Shown here: positions 46,191-57,558 of the stretch, one piece after another | How the letters are laid out: each line of letters opens with the position of its first letter | Numbering within the stretch: the first letter of the stretch is position 1 | NCBI GenBank assembly: GCA_036172245.1 | Contig: JAYWIR010000008.1 | Span: 1,364,001-1,428,000, forward strand | Direction of reading: 5' to 3' | Length of the DNA: 64,000 nucleotides | Origin: Raillietiella orientalis | Taxonomy: Eukaryota | The notes under the pieces: model-generated | What the model was told of the DNA's origin: nothing | The model's database searches: none | What the model saw: only the letters and a program-made list of their open reading frames with translations | Translations under genes and position numbers: made by a program

Positions 46191-49100
46191 AGGCGCAGCG
46201 AAGGCGGCCGGCTCTCGGCTGAAAACGCGCCAATCAGCGCGCGAGTGGGCGCGCCTGCGCACCGCTGCCGACAGATTGGTCATTCGCGGGGGAAGCTTGG
46301 ACCCGCACCTCGCAGACTCCCTTTTTTCCTCGTGTATTCAAACTTTTGCTATTCGCTGGCGCCCATCTCCAGGGCACTGCAGATAAGCGCGAGCCATCTA
46401 TTGGTCGAGGAGTGAATGTCTTATCGGGAGTAGCTCAAGCTTTCAGCGAACGTCTCTAAAGAGCTTTTTTCTCTCTACCCCCACCCCCCACCCACCTTTG
46501 GAAGAATCCAAAGACCGCTTCCTCTAGTGAGGGAAAAATTCATCTAAATTTCAACACACTTGAGTGAAGCTGCAAAGGGCTGCCTGCTCTTTGCAATCGA
46601 TAAATTCTTGACACTCGCGTTACGGCTGTTCCCTTGGAAATGCGGAACTCTCGCTACTCATGTCTAGGCAGGCTGAGCAGCTTAAACTAACAGCAACTCT
46701 CCTACGACCCACATGCCACTACTGCACCATCGATCTTTCCTCTAGAGGAACGGCCCCACTTTCACTTGCTAGTCGTAGATCGCTTGTTCTCCACTGCTTC
46801 TGATTGCAGCACCATTCTGCCTCAGCTAATCAAAGACAGCGTGGTTTTTCAGCGTGTCTGCCCACGAAAGGAAGGTGGGAAAGCGACAAAGTGTGTAAGT
46901 CGGAGGAATCCTCCCCTTAGGAGAATGTATTCGCGTAATTATGCAAGAATTAGAACACGACGCGTTTCATCATTCCGACCCACGGGATGTCCTCTGAGCA
47001 AAAAGGAAGGGTAACGAACCCACACCAAGCGAAAACAGTGGCAGTGCACTAACAACACGTGGAAGCAAGGGAAATGGGCCACTAAACGCAAGCTAGGGCA
47101 ATGGGTGGACAAGAAACGGAGAGCGACAACGAACAAACAATAACCAAAGCAAGGCAATAGGTCAGCACTGGACGAAGGAAGACAAGGGGTCAACAATGAG
47201 AAGTACGTGGACAAACGGCGCCGTGCAGACAGCAACAGACTGTTTCCAAGTTGCCTTTCTCAGAAGCTCAGGTGGAAAGATAGACAGAATCCGTCCATCC
47301 TTCCCTTCGCGGGACCACCCACGCACCCTCGTGTCCTTCTGCATGCAAGAGCACTCCCTGCTGATGAACATCTTTGGGACCTCGCAACGTTTGCTCGGAC
47401 GTGGCGGAGGCTCTCCCGGTTCTACTTGATCTCCAGGATTTTGTCCTTGCGTCATCCTCAAGTTAGAAGATACAGGGATTTTCTCGAGTGAGGAGGCAAC
47501 CAGCACCAACGTTCTCGGGCTCCGATCCCGTTTTCCCTAAGGGGACTTTTTCTCAGACTGGGAAACTGGAGGTTGGGGGATTGGAATTCGATTAGAGCTG
47601 CCACATTCAACAAGTTCATCGCGCTGAATCGATCGTGCATCGTCTACTCCACATGATAAACTGTCAATCATTATTGTTGAAAAGGATGGAGCTGAGCACG
47701 GCATCTCTCCCGATGGACACCTATGCCTTCTTCGCAGTCTGCCTCCCTCCTTCGAACCTTTGCTTGCCTCCCTCCTTCTTTGCTTTTGACCTTTCTAAGA
47801 GGGAGTCAAAAGCAAAGCACTTCCCCTGCGACGTAGATGCTGTAGTCCAGGATAGACTCTTTGAATGAGGAGGTAGCAGCTCGAAACTCAGGAAGGGAGG
47901 CGGAGAGAACACACAGTTGGCAGCAGTGGGCTGAGCGAGTCCGAGGTTCAGAGAGAGGGAATAAGAGATGTAATAATAACCAAAGGTGCGAGCCGCGATT
48001 CCTTGTGCCGATGCTTCTGGAAACTTCCTTCTCCGGCGCCAGAAAAGGAAAAGAAAGACGTTCGTTGGACTCCCGCACTCTCGCGTCGAAAATCTCGCGT
48101 CCCGATTTCGTATCGCCGCATTCGCGTGGGACTTCCGGAGAGCGGCATTGACTGGAAGGAATGGCAACCGGTGCGAGGGGCCAAAAACAAGGCCGGCAGA
48201 CCACATCGCACACGTCGGACAAAGAGGAATCTGTTTCGATTCCCGATGGGAAACGATGTGGAGGCTGAGCATCGTGCAGAGGACAGCACAATCGACGGGA
48301 AATCTGCTCGCTAGACGCTGATTTTAAATGGCGCCAAAACCCATTACGACCTCCCCTCTGGGATCCATCAAATGGCCAACTCCCAGCGGGGAGATCGTGA
48401 GTGCATGAGCTAAGCAAACCCTATGAGAGCCGGGACAGTTCTTTAGGACATGAAAAGGAGCGCGCTTTCCCTCTATCGGTGATTCTCCAAACCAAGAACG
48501 TGCCTTGCGACATCTTCCGATCTGCCTTCACGGCTCCGGCAATCCCGATAAACAGCCTCTAGGCCCTCGAAACGGTAGCCTGAGAGGAACCGGAAGGAGC
48601 TACCTCTCCTCCCTTTTTCTTCACTTCAAGGACTCTCCAAGAGGAACATCAAGAGAAAGGGATTCGAGATAATTGGATGATTCAAGCTGAGATGATGAAT
48701 TCGAGATCATGAGACAGGGAGCGAGAGAAGGCATGTGGTGGTGTCTCGACGAGCTAACGGAAGAACTCGTCAGTGAAATTGGAAGACGTCTGGAGCCCGT
48801 ATACTGCGCGCTCCGCTCGGAATCCAGGAGGAAACGGCTAATTTCCATTCCTCTGGGGCGTATCATCAGCCGCCCACGAAATGAACTCAGCTCGACCATG
48901 AATCATTCAGCTCATCCCGTACAGGTAGAAGACGTCCGGGAAGGCGACTCCGCTCTCCGCAGCATCAGGTCAACTCGAAGGCGGGCACACTCGCGGCCAC
49001 CGTGGGCGCTGTCAATCGTGGCCGGCCACCCAGGAGGTGCAACCAGCACGAGCTCCAGGCAGATGTGCTGGGTGTCGGCTGCACTCCGTCGTCCCTCTCC

Positions 49101-49954
49101 AAGGGCTTTTTTTTGGAGGGGAGGGAGGAGGGAGGGCTGCGTTGGAGGGACTCTGGTGCTCTTTTGCCGGCGTAGAGGAGCAGCATTCTCCCACACTTCT
49201 TTCAGCTGGGTTCCCAAGTCCGGGCACAGCATGGGCGGACGAATGTCGAGCTCGATGGCTCAACTTTTCTCCGGTTCTCCTCACAGAAAAGGAAGCCCCG
49301 AGTCCAACCCCCCCTACTGGTTGGGTGACCAGATGGAGGTGGAGTGACCAGGTGATCCATATCTGTCCTCACAAGGTTTGCGAGGGCACAGCTAAGAATC
49401 ATCTGACGACCTTGAGGTGATGGCAGACACTGGAAGCAGCAGCAGACTTGAGAGTGATGTCCTAAGGCACCGCCACCCTTATCGGGATTTGGTAACCTTC
49501 TTTATCAGATTCGTGCAGATGGCAAATCTTCAAAAGGGATTCAGTTGACCACTGCGTCTCATGATGGCAGCGACTTCACCACCGCAATGATTGGCATTTG
49601 TCATTCGGATTGCTGCATCCCAATGATGACCTCCAGTGGTCAAGGAAGGCCATGGTCCCCAAAGCATGATCTCCGCGGTAGGATGTGCTCCCTACCTTCC
49701 GTCGCTAACGAGAATCCTGCGCAAGGATGGGGAAGAGGCTGCGATGAGATCTGACCCCTTCTCTGGGACACACTGGGAACCGTCGTGGATTTCGAGAAAA
49801 TTCGGTCGGTCTTTTTTAAGGCGTGGTATCTGTCCTCTTTCTCGTTTCTTGCCGATCGATTTCTCACCGATGCCTCCCAGAACGAATTCGGTCGCTTTGC
49901 ACCTATCCCTAAAAGAAAAAAGAAAAAAAGAAAACGACCGTAGCGACACTCCCA

Positions 49955-50804
49955 CGTTAGCGGCTGAGTGGGGATGGTCTCCGCCCGTGGAGCCAAGAGT
50001 TGCAGGTTCGAATCCCGCCCAGGGGAAGGACTGCGGGGGTGGGAGTTGCGCGTTTCGAGCCCCCCTTCCCCCGCAGGATGAAAGCACGCATCCTGCCACT
50101 TCCCTTTATGTTTATTTTTTAAATAAAGGCCTCGGCGTGACCGGGTGTCAACCCCCGCAGGGCGACGCCGGCTGGCCCACGGGCTTCGGGCGCAGCACTG
50201 GTCGAGGCAGCCGGAAACCCCCGGATGCCCCCCTTGATTGGCCAAAAGTTGGCCCTCCAGGGTCTCTCCTGAACATCAAAAAGGCCTTCAGGGTTCCCCT
50301 CCGGTTGTGAAAAGGAAGCCGTACCATGGGACTGGTCGATACCCCCTTCTGAGAGGTTGCCTCTCTAGAGTGTGAAGAAGCTCTCTGCTCCCTGCAGGGA
50401 GCGACCCTGCAGAGAAATCGGGAAGCGTCCCTTCGGGGTTATCTTCAGAGGAGTAAAAAACAAGGAGCGGTTCCTTTCTGGATTCCCTTCGGAAAAGAAA
50501 TGAGTGGCCCCTTCCAGGGTGTCCCTCCGGAGAAAGTAAAAAAAGGGGCTCCCTTCCAAGCGTAAAGGAAAAGGACTCGCTTCCTCAGGAGCCTTCCTGG
50601 ATTCATGGTAGTTAGTGGTCCCTCCGGGGTTACCTTGGAAAACTCCACGCACCCTCGGGCGGCGTAGGCAGCGATCAAGAGCTTTGTAAGTCTCCCTCCC
50701 CCATAAGGAGGCGAAGAGTTCTTCACGACTCCTTGAGGATCCAAAAAAGAAAAATTGGGAGGAAAGCAGCGAAGCAGAAGAACCCCAAAGGATTTTTATC
50801 ATCC
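49955..50804 (+). mobile_element. tRNA-headed (SINE-like) repeat, copy A
   Basis: B-box GGTTCGAATCCC at ~50006. The body (gggaagcgtcccttc..., ccttcctggattcat, gaaccc.aagga.tt..atc.tc) is shared with copies B, C and D. Confidence 0.7.
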
Positions 50805-51620
50805 AGGCAAGGTGGGAAGTGACGTGCTGCACAGTAGCAAAGAAGAAAGTATTGGGGGCGTGGACAACTTGGAAATTGACGGGCGCTGCGTCCCCGATTG
50901 TCCCACCCCACGGAGTTGTACTCTGAAGAGTGCATCCCTCCAGAGGTGATAAAGTGGCCCCAGCGTGCTGGAACAGTGCAGCCCTCCCCCTCAAGTGGCA
51001 GGAATCGGCGTTGCTGGTGTTGCATGGGAGAATCCCATGCAAAGCTCGCCTTCACCTGGGCATGAGGGGAAGCGTGGACTCTCGATGAGGCAGGTGCGGG
51101 AAGTCCCGCACCAGACTTGGACTATGCTGCCCTTCGACCCCTTTGGGATCGCCTTGCGGCGATCCTAGAAACCCCGGCGGGCGGTCCCAGGAACATTTTC
51201 TAACGCCTCTTCGCGCGTGCCGCGCTGCCGCTACCGGCCGCGTCCCTCGCTGTCCACTGCTGCGTGCGCGGAATCGCAGCAGCCTGGAACGCCAGAAGGA
51301 GAGGTCGAAATGGCAGGTACGCCATCCACTGGGCGCAAATCTTCCTGAGGACCGCTTCGAGATGACCCCACCCGGGCGATATACGAACGAAACTTGCCGG
51401 CATCCCGAACAGGATGCAGGGGACACCTGGCAGCGTACCGTGATCCCTTCCTCAATTCCCCCTCCCCGTGTGTAAATTCCCCTCCCCTGTTTTGTTGGTT
51501 TTGTTTGTTTTTGTTTCCCATTCCTCCATGCTTCCGGAGAGGATCTCTCCGGTCTGCGCACCGGTCCTTGGCAGGTTCATCGCGCCTGGAAGAACCAACC
51601 AATGTATTTTTGTTGCTTTA

Positions 51621-52217
51621 ATTAATAAATGCCCCCGGCATAACCGGGTGAGAATCATCCCAGTCCTTAGTAGTAACGATCTTCCCCTTGAAGACACTAC
51701 TGGCCTTTAAGAGGAAAAGAAGTAAAACTAAAAAGGGATGCAGAATCCAGAAGGTCTGGCCTGGGTGTTGCTCGTGTGCTCTCAGCCGGTATCCAGGCAC
51801 GGCTGCGTTCCAGATTCCCAGGGGTCTCCCTGCAGAGCTGCGGCGCAAGCGAGGTTCCATCCGGCTTGCAGCAGCCTTTCGGATCCTCACAGGAGGGTGG
51901 TGGCGGGATGCGCCCTGTGCCAGACTGACGGATCTGCAGGGGTGCTGTTCCCTCGGGTGGAATCCGCAAATACTCCGGGAGTTGAGACGATCCTTCGGAG
52001 CATCCTGACCGCAGCCGGAAGCGCACGCACGCGCATGCCGGCGGCTTCGGTGCGCCTTGCTGGACGATCCCATCACGTCAGCACCAGCCGCTGACGTGCC
52101 GACGAGAGATGACCGCCTCCTCCCCCCCGGCTTACCTCCCAGCGAAGAAATTTCCCGTCCGCTGAGCGCGCTCAGCGATGTCGTTTGTCACCCGGATATG
52201 CCGGGGCATTTATTAAT
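51621..52217. mobile_element. ~600 bp element bounded by ~30 bp terminal inverted repeats (MITE-like)
   Basis: Left arm attaataaatgcccccggcataaccgggtga (51621-51651); right arm tcacccggatatgccggggcatttattaat (52188-52217); 1 substitution + 1 indel; no transposase recognised inside. Confidence 0.65.
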
Positions 52218-52639
52218 CTAATTAATATAAAATTAGTTAATAAAGTCAATTGATATGTTTTTGTGGGAAAACACTTGGTTTTCCCACGCTGGCAGACGTG
52301 TCGGGAGCCGGTGCCGACACTGGCTCCCGACACGGCTCCTCAGCGATGTCGTAATCCGAGATGCTGCGTCATCGTCGTCTGCAACTTTTAGGGGGGACAG
52401 CCTTCGTAGGAAGCGCTCCTGACATCAGCACCACCCACCTGAGATCACGAGCGACTCTCGACCTTGCTTTCCTCGGACTGGGCGATGGTCCGTTCTATTA
52501 TATGGTTGCACCCTTGACCCTATTCCTGTGTTCACGCCGTATAGTCGCTTTGTGCTGCTGGAGGTCCATTTCTCCAGATGAAGCTGAGCGGAACGAAAAG
52601 CAAACAGAGATTCTTTCCACTCATCAGAACCGTCACTTC

Positions 52640-52990
52640 GCCTGAAACCTTTCCGGGTTCTCTTTGGAAGAGAAAAAAAAATGGAACAGACCCCTTCGGG
52701 GGTTCCTTCGGAGACAACCAGGGTGAAAGTTTCTCTCCGGAGATCCCTCCCCAAAGGAGTGAGAGAAACAGACTTCAGTCTCCGGAGATCCCTCCCCAAA
52801 GGAGTGAGAGAAACAGACTTCAGTCTCCGGAGCCCTTCCTGGATTTACAGGGTGGTCCCTCCGGGGTCCAGTGCCCCTAACCTGAAGAGTCACATGCGCC
52901 TTCGGGCGGCGCGGACAATGTCAAAGAGCTTCATGACCCCCCCCCCCTACCCTCTCTAAGGAGACGAAGGCTTCTAAGGCAGTTGGAGAA
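52640..52990 (+). mobile_element. Partial copy D of the same repeat (3' body only)
   Basis: cccttcctggattt, ggtggtccct..gggg, cctaac.t.aag, tcaaagag.tt and taaggagacg match copies A and B. Confidence 0.6.
52734..52832 (+). repeat. Perfect 45 bp tandem duplication (2.2 copies)
   Basis: tctccggagatccctccccaaaggagtgagagaaacagacttcag at 52734 and 52779, partial third copy at 52824. Confidence 0.95.
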
Positions 52991-54584
52991 CCAAATTTGG
53001 AAAAGTTGGAAAGGTGCAGGCAGGTTGGAGCTGGACGCTTGCCGATGGGGCCACCTCGACGCCGCCATCCGCAGAAAACGCGCCGTAAAGCGGATGGCGT
53101 TCCTGTCGTCCGCGCCTCTCTCAGCAGCGGCGCTCCAGGAGGCCAGAATCCCCGAAGCGTTGAGACCTCGGGGGAGACGGCTGCCATTCTGCACCGGCCA
53201 GTCTCCTCCGGGAGTCTGTTGGAAAAGCTTCAGCAGATCCCCAAAAGAGATCTGCAGGCCTCTAAAAGAGGTGAAGTTTCGTGTGTTCTTCGCGTGCTTC
53301 CTCCTCCAGACTCCGCGAGGAAGGGTTGAAGGTTCCGTCGTGGAGCGATGGCAGCTCAGTAGTCGACAATCCAGCAGCCAAAAGGAGTCCCAGCAGAAGG
53401 AATAACGACCGTACCTTGTCAAGGTGTATTCCCCGGACCCCTTCATGAGCGAAAATGGGAGAATTTTCTGGAAAGGAGAGTCCGAGTCCAGGCAGACGCA
53501 AGGGCGGTGGCAGAGACAACACGGTCACCATGGAACACCTGCTTCGCTTCGCAGCTGGCCGCGTGCTCGTTCAGCACGCAGTCTTCGAGGTTTCTCGGAG
53601 GCCATTTGTGAAGGCGGTCCCGGAATCGGTGGCTCCAGTTCGATCGATCGACTCCTCGCAAAGCACTTCCGGAACATCCCAGTTCCGGCAATGCCGAGCA
53701 GCTTTGGGAGAGAAATGCAACTGGGAGAGAGCAAGAAGCGCCCATCAAAGTCTTCCAGTCCCCATCTCAAACCATCTTCCCTTGAGGTCATTAAGGACAG
53801 CCCTCGGTGGCTCCCCCTAAAGAAAAAAACAAACACAAAAGCACGGGCAGCGGTTCTCGCCGAGGATGGGGAATGAACAGCCGATCCCCAGTCCCTAGAT
53901 GCCAAAGAGACAGAAACCCTGTGGACCTGAAAGAGAAGTCGATCCCGAGCAGCGCGATGGGGACCAGTGAGAGGCGGTATCCACAGCTGCCACCGCTTCC
54001 CGTCCTCCCGCAAGGACCTCGACGCAAAGGAACCACTGGTGTGGATGCGGTTACTGTCCGCGCGGCCGCGTCGAGACTGCTCCCTCCAGAGCGTCTCCAT
54101 GGTCCATACGCGCTCCCGGAAAGAAGAGAGGAAAAGATTGGAAGGGAAGTTGGTTTCCGGAACCCGACGAAAGCCCCCTCTCCTTCAGGGCATGGCACCC
54201 ACGCATGAGGACGCTAGACAACTCCAGGAAACGGAGGTCCTGTCCTTCCAGAAAGAGCAAGGGGCAGCTCGCATCCGCCGAGATTAGCTTTCCGTCTTTG
54301 GAATTTCTTTTCCCCTTTTCCTCGGCGCCCGCTGAGGATGTCGCAACCGAAGATCAAAAGGATCGAATCTTTGTGACTCGGTACGATCTCAGCTCCCTCT
54401 CGAGACACCGCAGAAGATGCGAGAAGCCGATCCTTGGCTGGAGAGTTAGCAGCCGCCGACACTCCTGGGAGGCAAGCACGGGAAGTCTGTTGCTCCAAAT
54501 GACCAAGAAAGCCGAGGAGGAGCATGGAGTCATTGAAATGAAACGCACAGCAAAAATTCCTTCTTTTTTTTTTTTTTCCCCGGT

Positions 54585-55611
54585 TGGCCGCGTCGGAGGC
54601 TTTGTGGTTAAGGCTTCCACGCGTGGCACCATGCGTCGCGGGTTCGAATACTCCGGCAGAAACTGACGCCACTGCGTCGTTGGATTCCGAGTTTCTCCTG
54701 CAATGGCGCTGGTTGGCCGAAACATTCGGGCGTGGCTCCGGCGGTGGATTAAGTCGAAGGACCCCGATGAAGGCCGGAACAATGGGAGTCGACCTTTGGG
54801 TCCTTCCAGGAATCAAGGAGTGGGGAGTTCCCCTCCTGTCGTGCAACGGAGAGCGGACCCCCTCACCGGGGGGACCACTCCGGTTTCAAGATGGAGCAGG
54901 AGCCTTCACAGGCACCTCTCCAGTTGTTTAAAGGAGCGGACCCCCCTTGTTGCGGGGAAGACCCTCCGAGTAGTCGCCTCTTCACAAGAGTGCAAGCAAG
55001 CGAGAGTGATCCCCCTGCGGGAAGATGCAGCACCCCTTCTGAATTTCGGAAGCGTCCCTTCCGGGGTTCTCTTCAGAGGAGTGAACAGGAGTGAACAGGA
55101 GTGGTTCCCTTGCAAATTCCCTCGGGAGAAGAAATTCCTACTAGCGGATCCTTTCTGGGTTCCCTTCGGAGAAGTTGAAATGGAGAGGACCACCCCCCTT
55201 CCGAGGTGGTCCCTTCGGAGAGAATAAGGAAGGAGATTTCCTTCGGGGTTCCCCTTTGGAGACAAGCAGGGTGGGAGGTGCGATCCTCCCATCCGGGGAG
55301 GATCCCTCCCCAAGCGTGAGAGGAACGGACTCCAAGTCCTTCCTGGATTCATGGGGCGGACCCTCATCCCGGGGTGCTCCCTATCCTGAAGAATTACACT
55401 GAATAATTACACGCCCCCCTGCGGGGTTGTCGCAGGGGAGAGGCGTGGAAACAAAGCAGTGTGTTTAAAAGAGCCACGTGCGCCGCGAGGCACGTGATGG
55501 GCTCTGAGGTACTTAGCGAACCAAAAAAAAAAGAAAACTCTTAAAAAAAAAAGCTGGAAGGAAAATATCAAAGACAGAAGAAAAAGAAGAACCCAAGGAC
55601 TTCCATCGTCT
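54585..55611 (+). mobile_element. tRNA-headed (SINE-like) repeat, copy C
   Basis: A-box-like gtggttaagg and B-box GGTTCGAATA at ~54641; tccttccaggaatcaagg, ggaagcgtcccttccggggttctcttcagagg and ccttcctggattcatgggg are shared with copies A and B. Confidence 0.65.
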
Positions 55612-56794
55612 TCTCCTTTATTGCACGCCATCCATGCGAGTACCTCCCTGATGACGAGCGAAAGGCGCAGTGGAGGCTGCTGATCCCGAACGCGCATAAC
55701 CGAACTGGACAGCCATCTCCTTACGGCTTTCTGAGCGCGCAGCTTTCGTGTCCGCACCCGCTGCTCCCCATTCCAACGGACGGTGCAGCTGGAGATGCTG
55801 GGAACGATGCTTCGAGTGTGATCCGGCGCAGCCAAGGATTAGAGGGAATTCTGCGCGACGTCTAGATCAGTGCCAAATCTTGGGGAAGGAGGGGGGGGGG
55901 GCAAACAAAGTATTGTTTTTCAATATAGACCTCGTATGGACGTGCAGATGTGCAGCCACTTGTGGCCTCCGTTTTCTGGACCCTCATCTTCAACCTTCAT
56001 CTCCCGCATGCTGTGAAATCACAGAATCCGTCGATCTGATTCCCCGAATCCGCGAGTCCCCGGTGGACGCAAGCCCAAGGTTTGCAGCCAGAAAAAAGTG
56101 GCACAAGGTACTTGCAAATGTAATTCGAAAGTGCCCTATGGTTTTGAGAGAAGAAACGACGGGCGGCATCAAGGAAAACCGGCATGCAGGCTCGTCCTTA
56201 ATAACTCGGAGCATCCGGTCCATTTCCTTCAACTTGCGGATCGCACTTGAATTGAGGACATGGTCCTTTTTTAACTCGACGGCGGTGATGACATCTCCTT
56301 TGAGATTGGCGCAGATGCACTTCTTGTTTCCATTCCCACCGCTGCTTCTGCAATCGGCGCATTCCAGGTGTCACATGCAGCACACCTTCCTACCCACCGC
56401 CCAGTGTAGGGTGAAAGCTGCCAGGCTTTCTTGTAAGTCTTGGTGTTTTCCTTTTCAAAAGGTGAAAACCACCACCGTTTCTCACCGGCAGGGTCGAAGC
56501 ACCATTCCTTGCTGTAACAAAAATCCTGCTCTTCAGGCAAACGCCAAGCAATCAGCACTGGAGTGTGGAAGAAAATCGCCTAAGGATAAAGGCCATCGGC
56601 GCCACTGACGTCCGACTGAAGACGATCACTGCCTTGGTGCTCAAATCTTCCAGATGGAGGGTTTCCCTCTGAAACCAATGCCGTGCGAGGTGGTGACCAC
56701 GGTGTGTGCTCAAGTTGTGGGGGATCAAGCTGTCGTGACCATCAGAGGTTCGAATGGACTTGCGTTGGTGGCTGTGGAGCTGCAGTCTCCATGC

Positions 56795-57558
56795 TGCAGA
56801 CGCACGGCGTGGGGGCAACCAAGAGCTGCGGGTTCGAATCCCACCCGGTGAAGGATGGATGCCGAGAACGGGGAGCGCGTCGTGGCTTTCGAGTCTTTCC
56901 CTCCCCCCTCCCCACGCAGGATGACGCGAGTTGGTCTGCAGGCTTCGGGTGCGGATGTCCCCGTTCAGTGACCGGGATTGGAAGTCAACCTCGGGGATCC
57001 TTCCAGGAATCAAGGGGCCCTTCGGGGTTCTCCTCCGGTTGCGAAAAAGGGACCATATCATGGGACTTCTAATTGACACCCTCCTCGAAGAAAGGTTGCC
57101 TCTCCAGAGTGTCAGGAGCGCGCTGTTCCGGGGAGCGACCCCTCAGAGAAAATCGGGAAGCGTCCCTTAGAGGTTCTCTTCGGAGGAACAAAGGAGCGGT
57201 CCCTTTGAGGGTTTCTTCCGGAGAAGAAACGAGGAACGGCCCCCCAAAAACAGAAGGCCCTTCCGGAGAGAATGAGGAAGAAGCTCCCTTCGGGGTTTCC
57301 TCCCAAGCGCGAGAGGAATAGACTCCTTCTTCCGAAGTCCTTCCTGGATTCATAGGGTGGTCCCTTTGGGGTGGCCCCCTAACTTAAAGGGTTGAACGCC
57401 GCCACTCTCGGGTGGCGTGAACAGCGTCAAAGAGTTTTGCGAGTCCCCCCTCCCCCCATTAAGGAGACGGGGACTTCTTCGGTGCTCTTTGAGAATAAAA
57501 AAAAAATGCTGGAAGGAAAGCAGAGAAACAGGAGAATCCCAAGGGATTTCCATCATCC
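56795..57558 (+). mobile_element. tRNA-headed (SINE-like) repeat, copy B
   Basis: ccaagagctgcgGGTTCGAATCCCacccgg matches copy A (ccaagagttgcaGGTTCGAATCCCgcccag); the body is collinear with A. Confidence 0.7.

Noticed and set aside
54585..54660. Functional tRNA gene (His-like)
   Set aside because: It has A/B-box-like motifs, but the acceptor and anticodon stems do not pair properly. Treated as the head of a repeat.
55648..55664. Hammerhead ribozyme core (CTGATGA...GAAA)
   Set aside because: No stem II and no closing stems or cleavage triplet. Other CTGANGA hits (52620, 52882) also fail.
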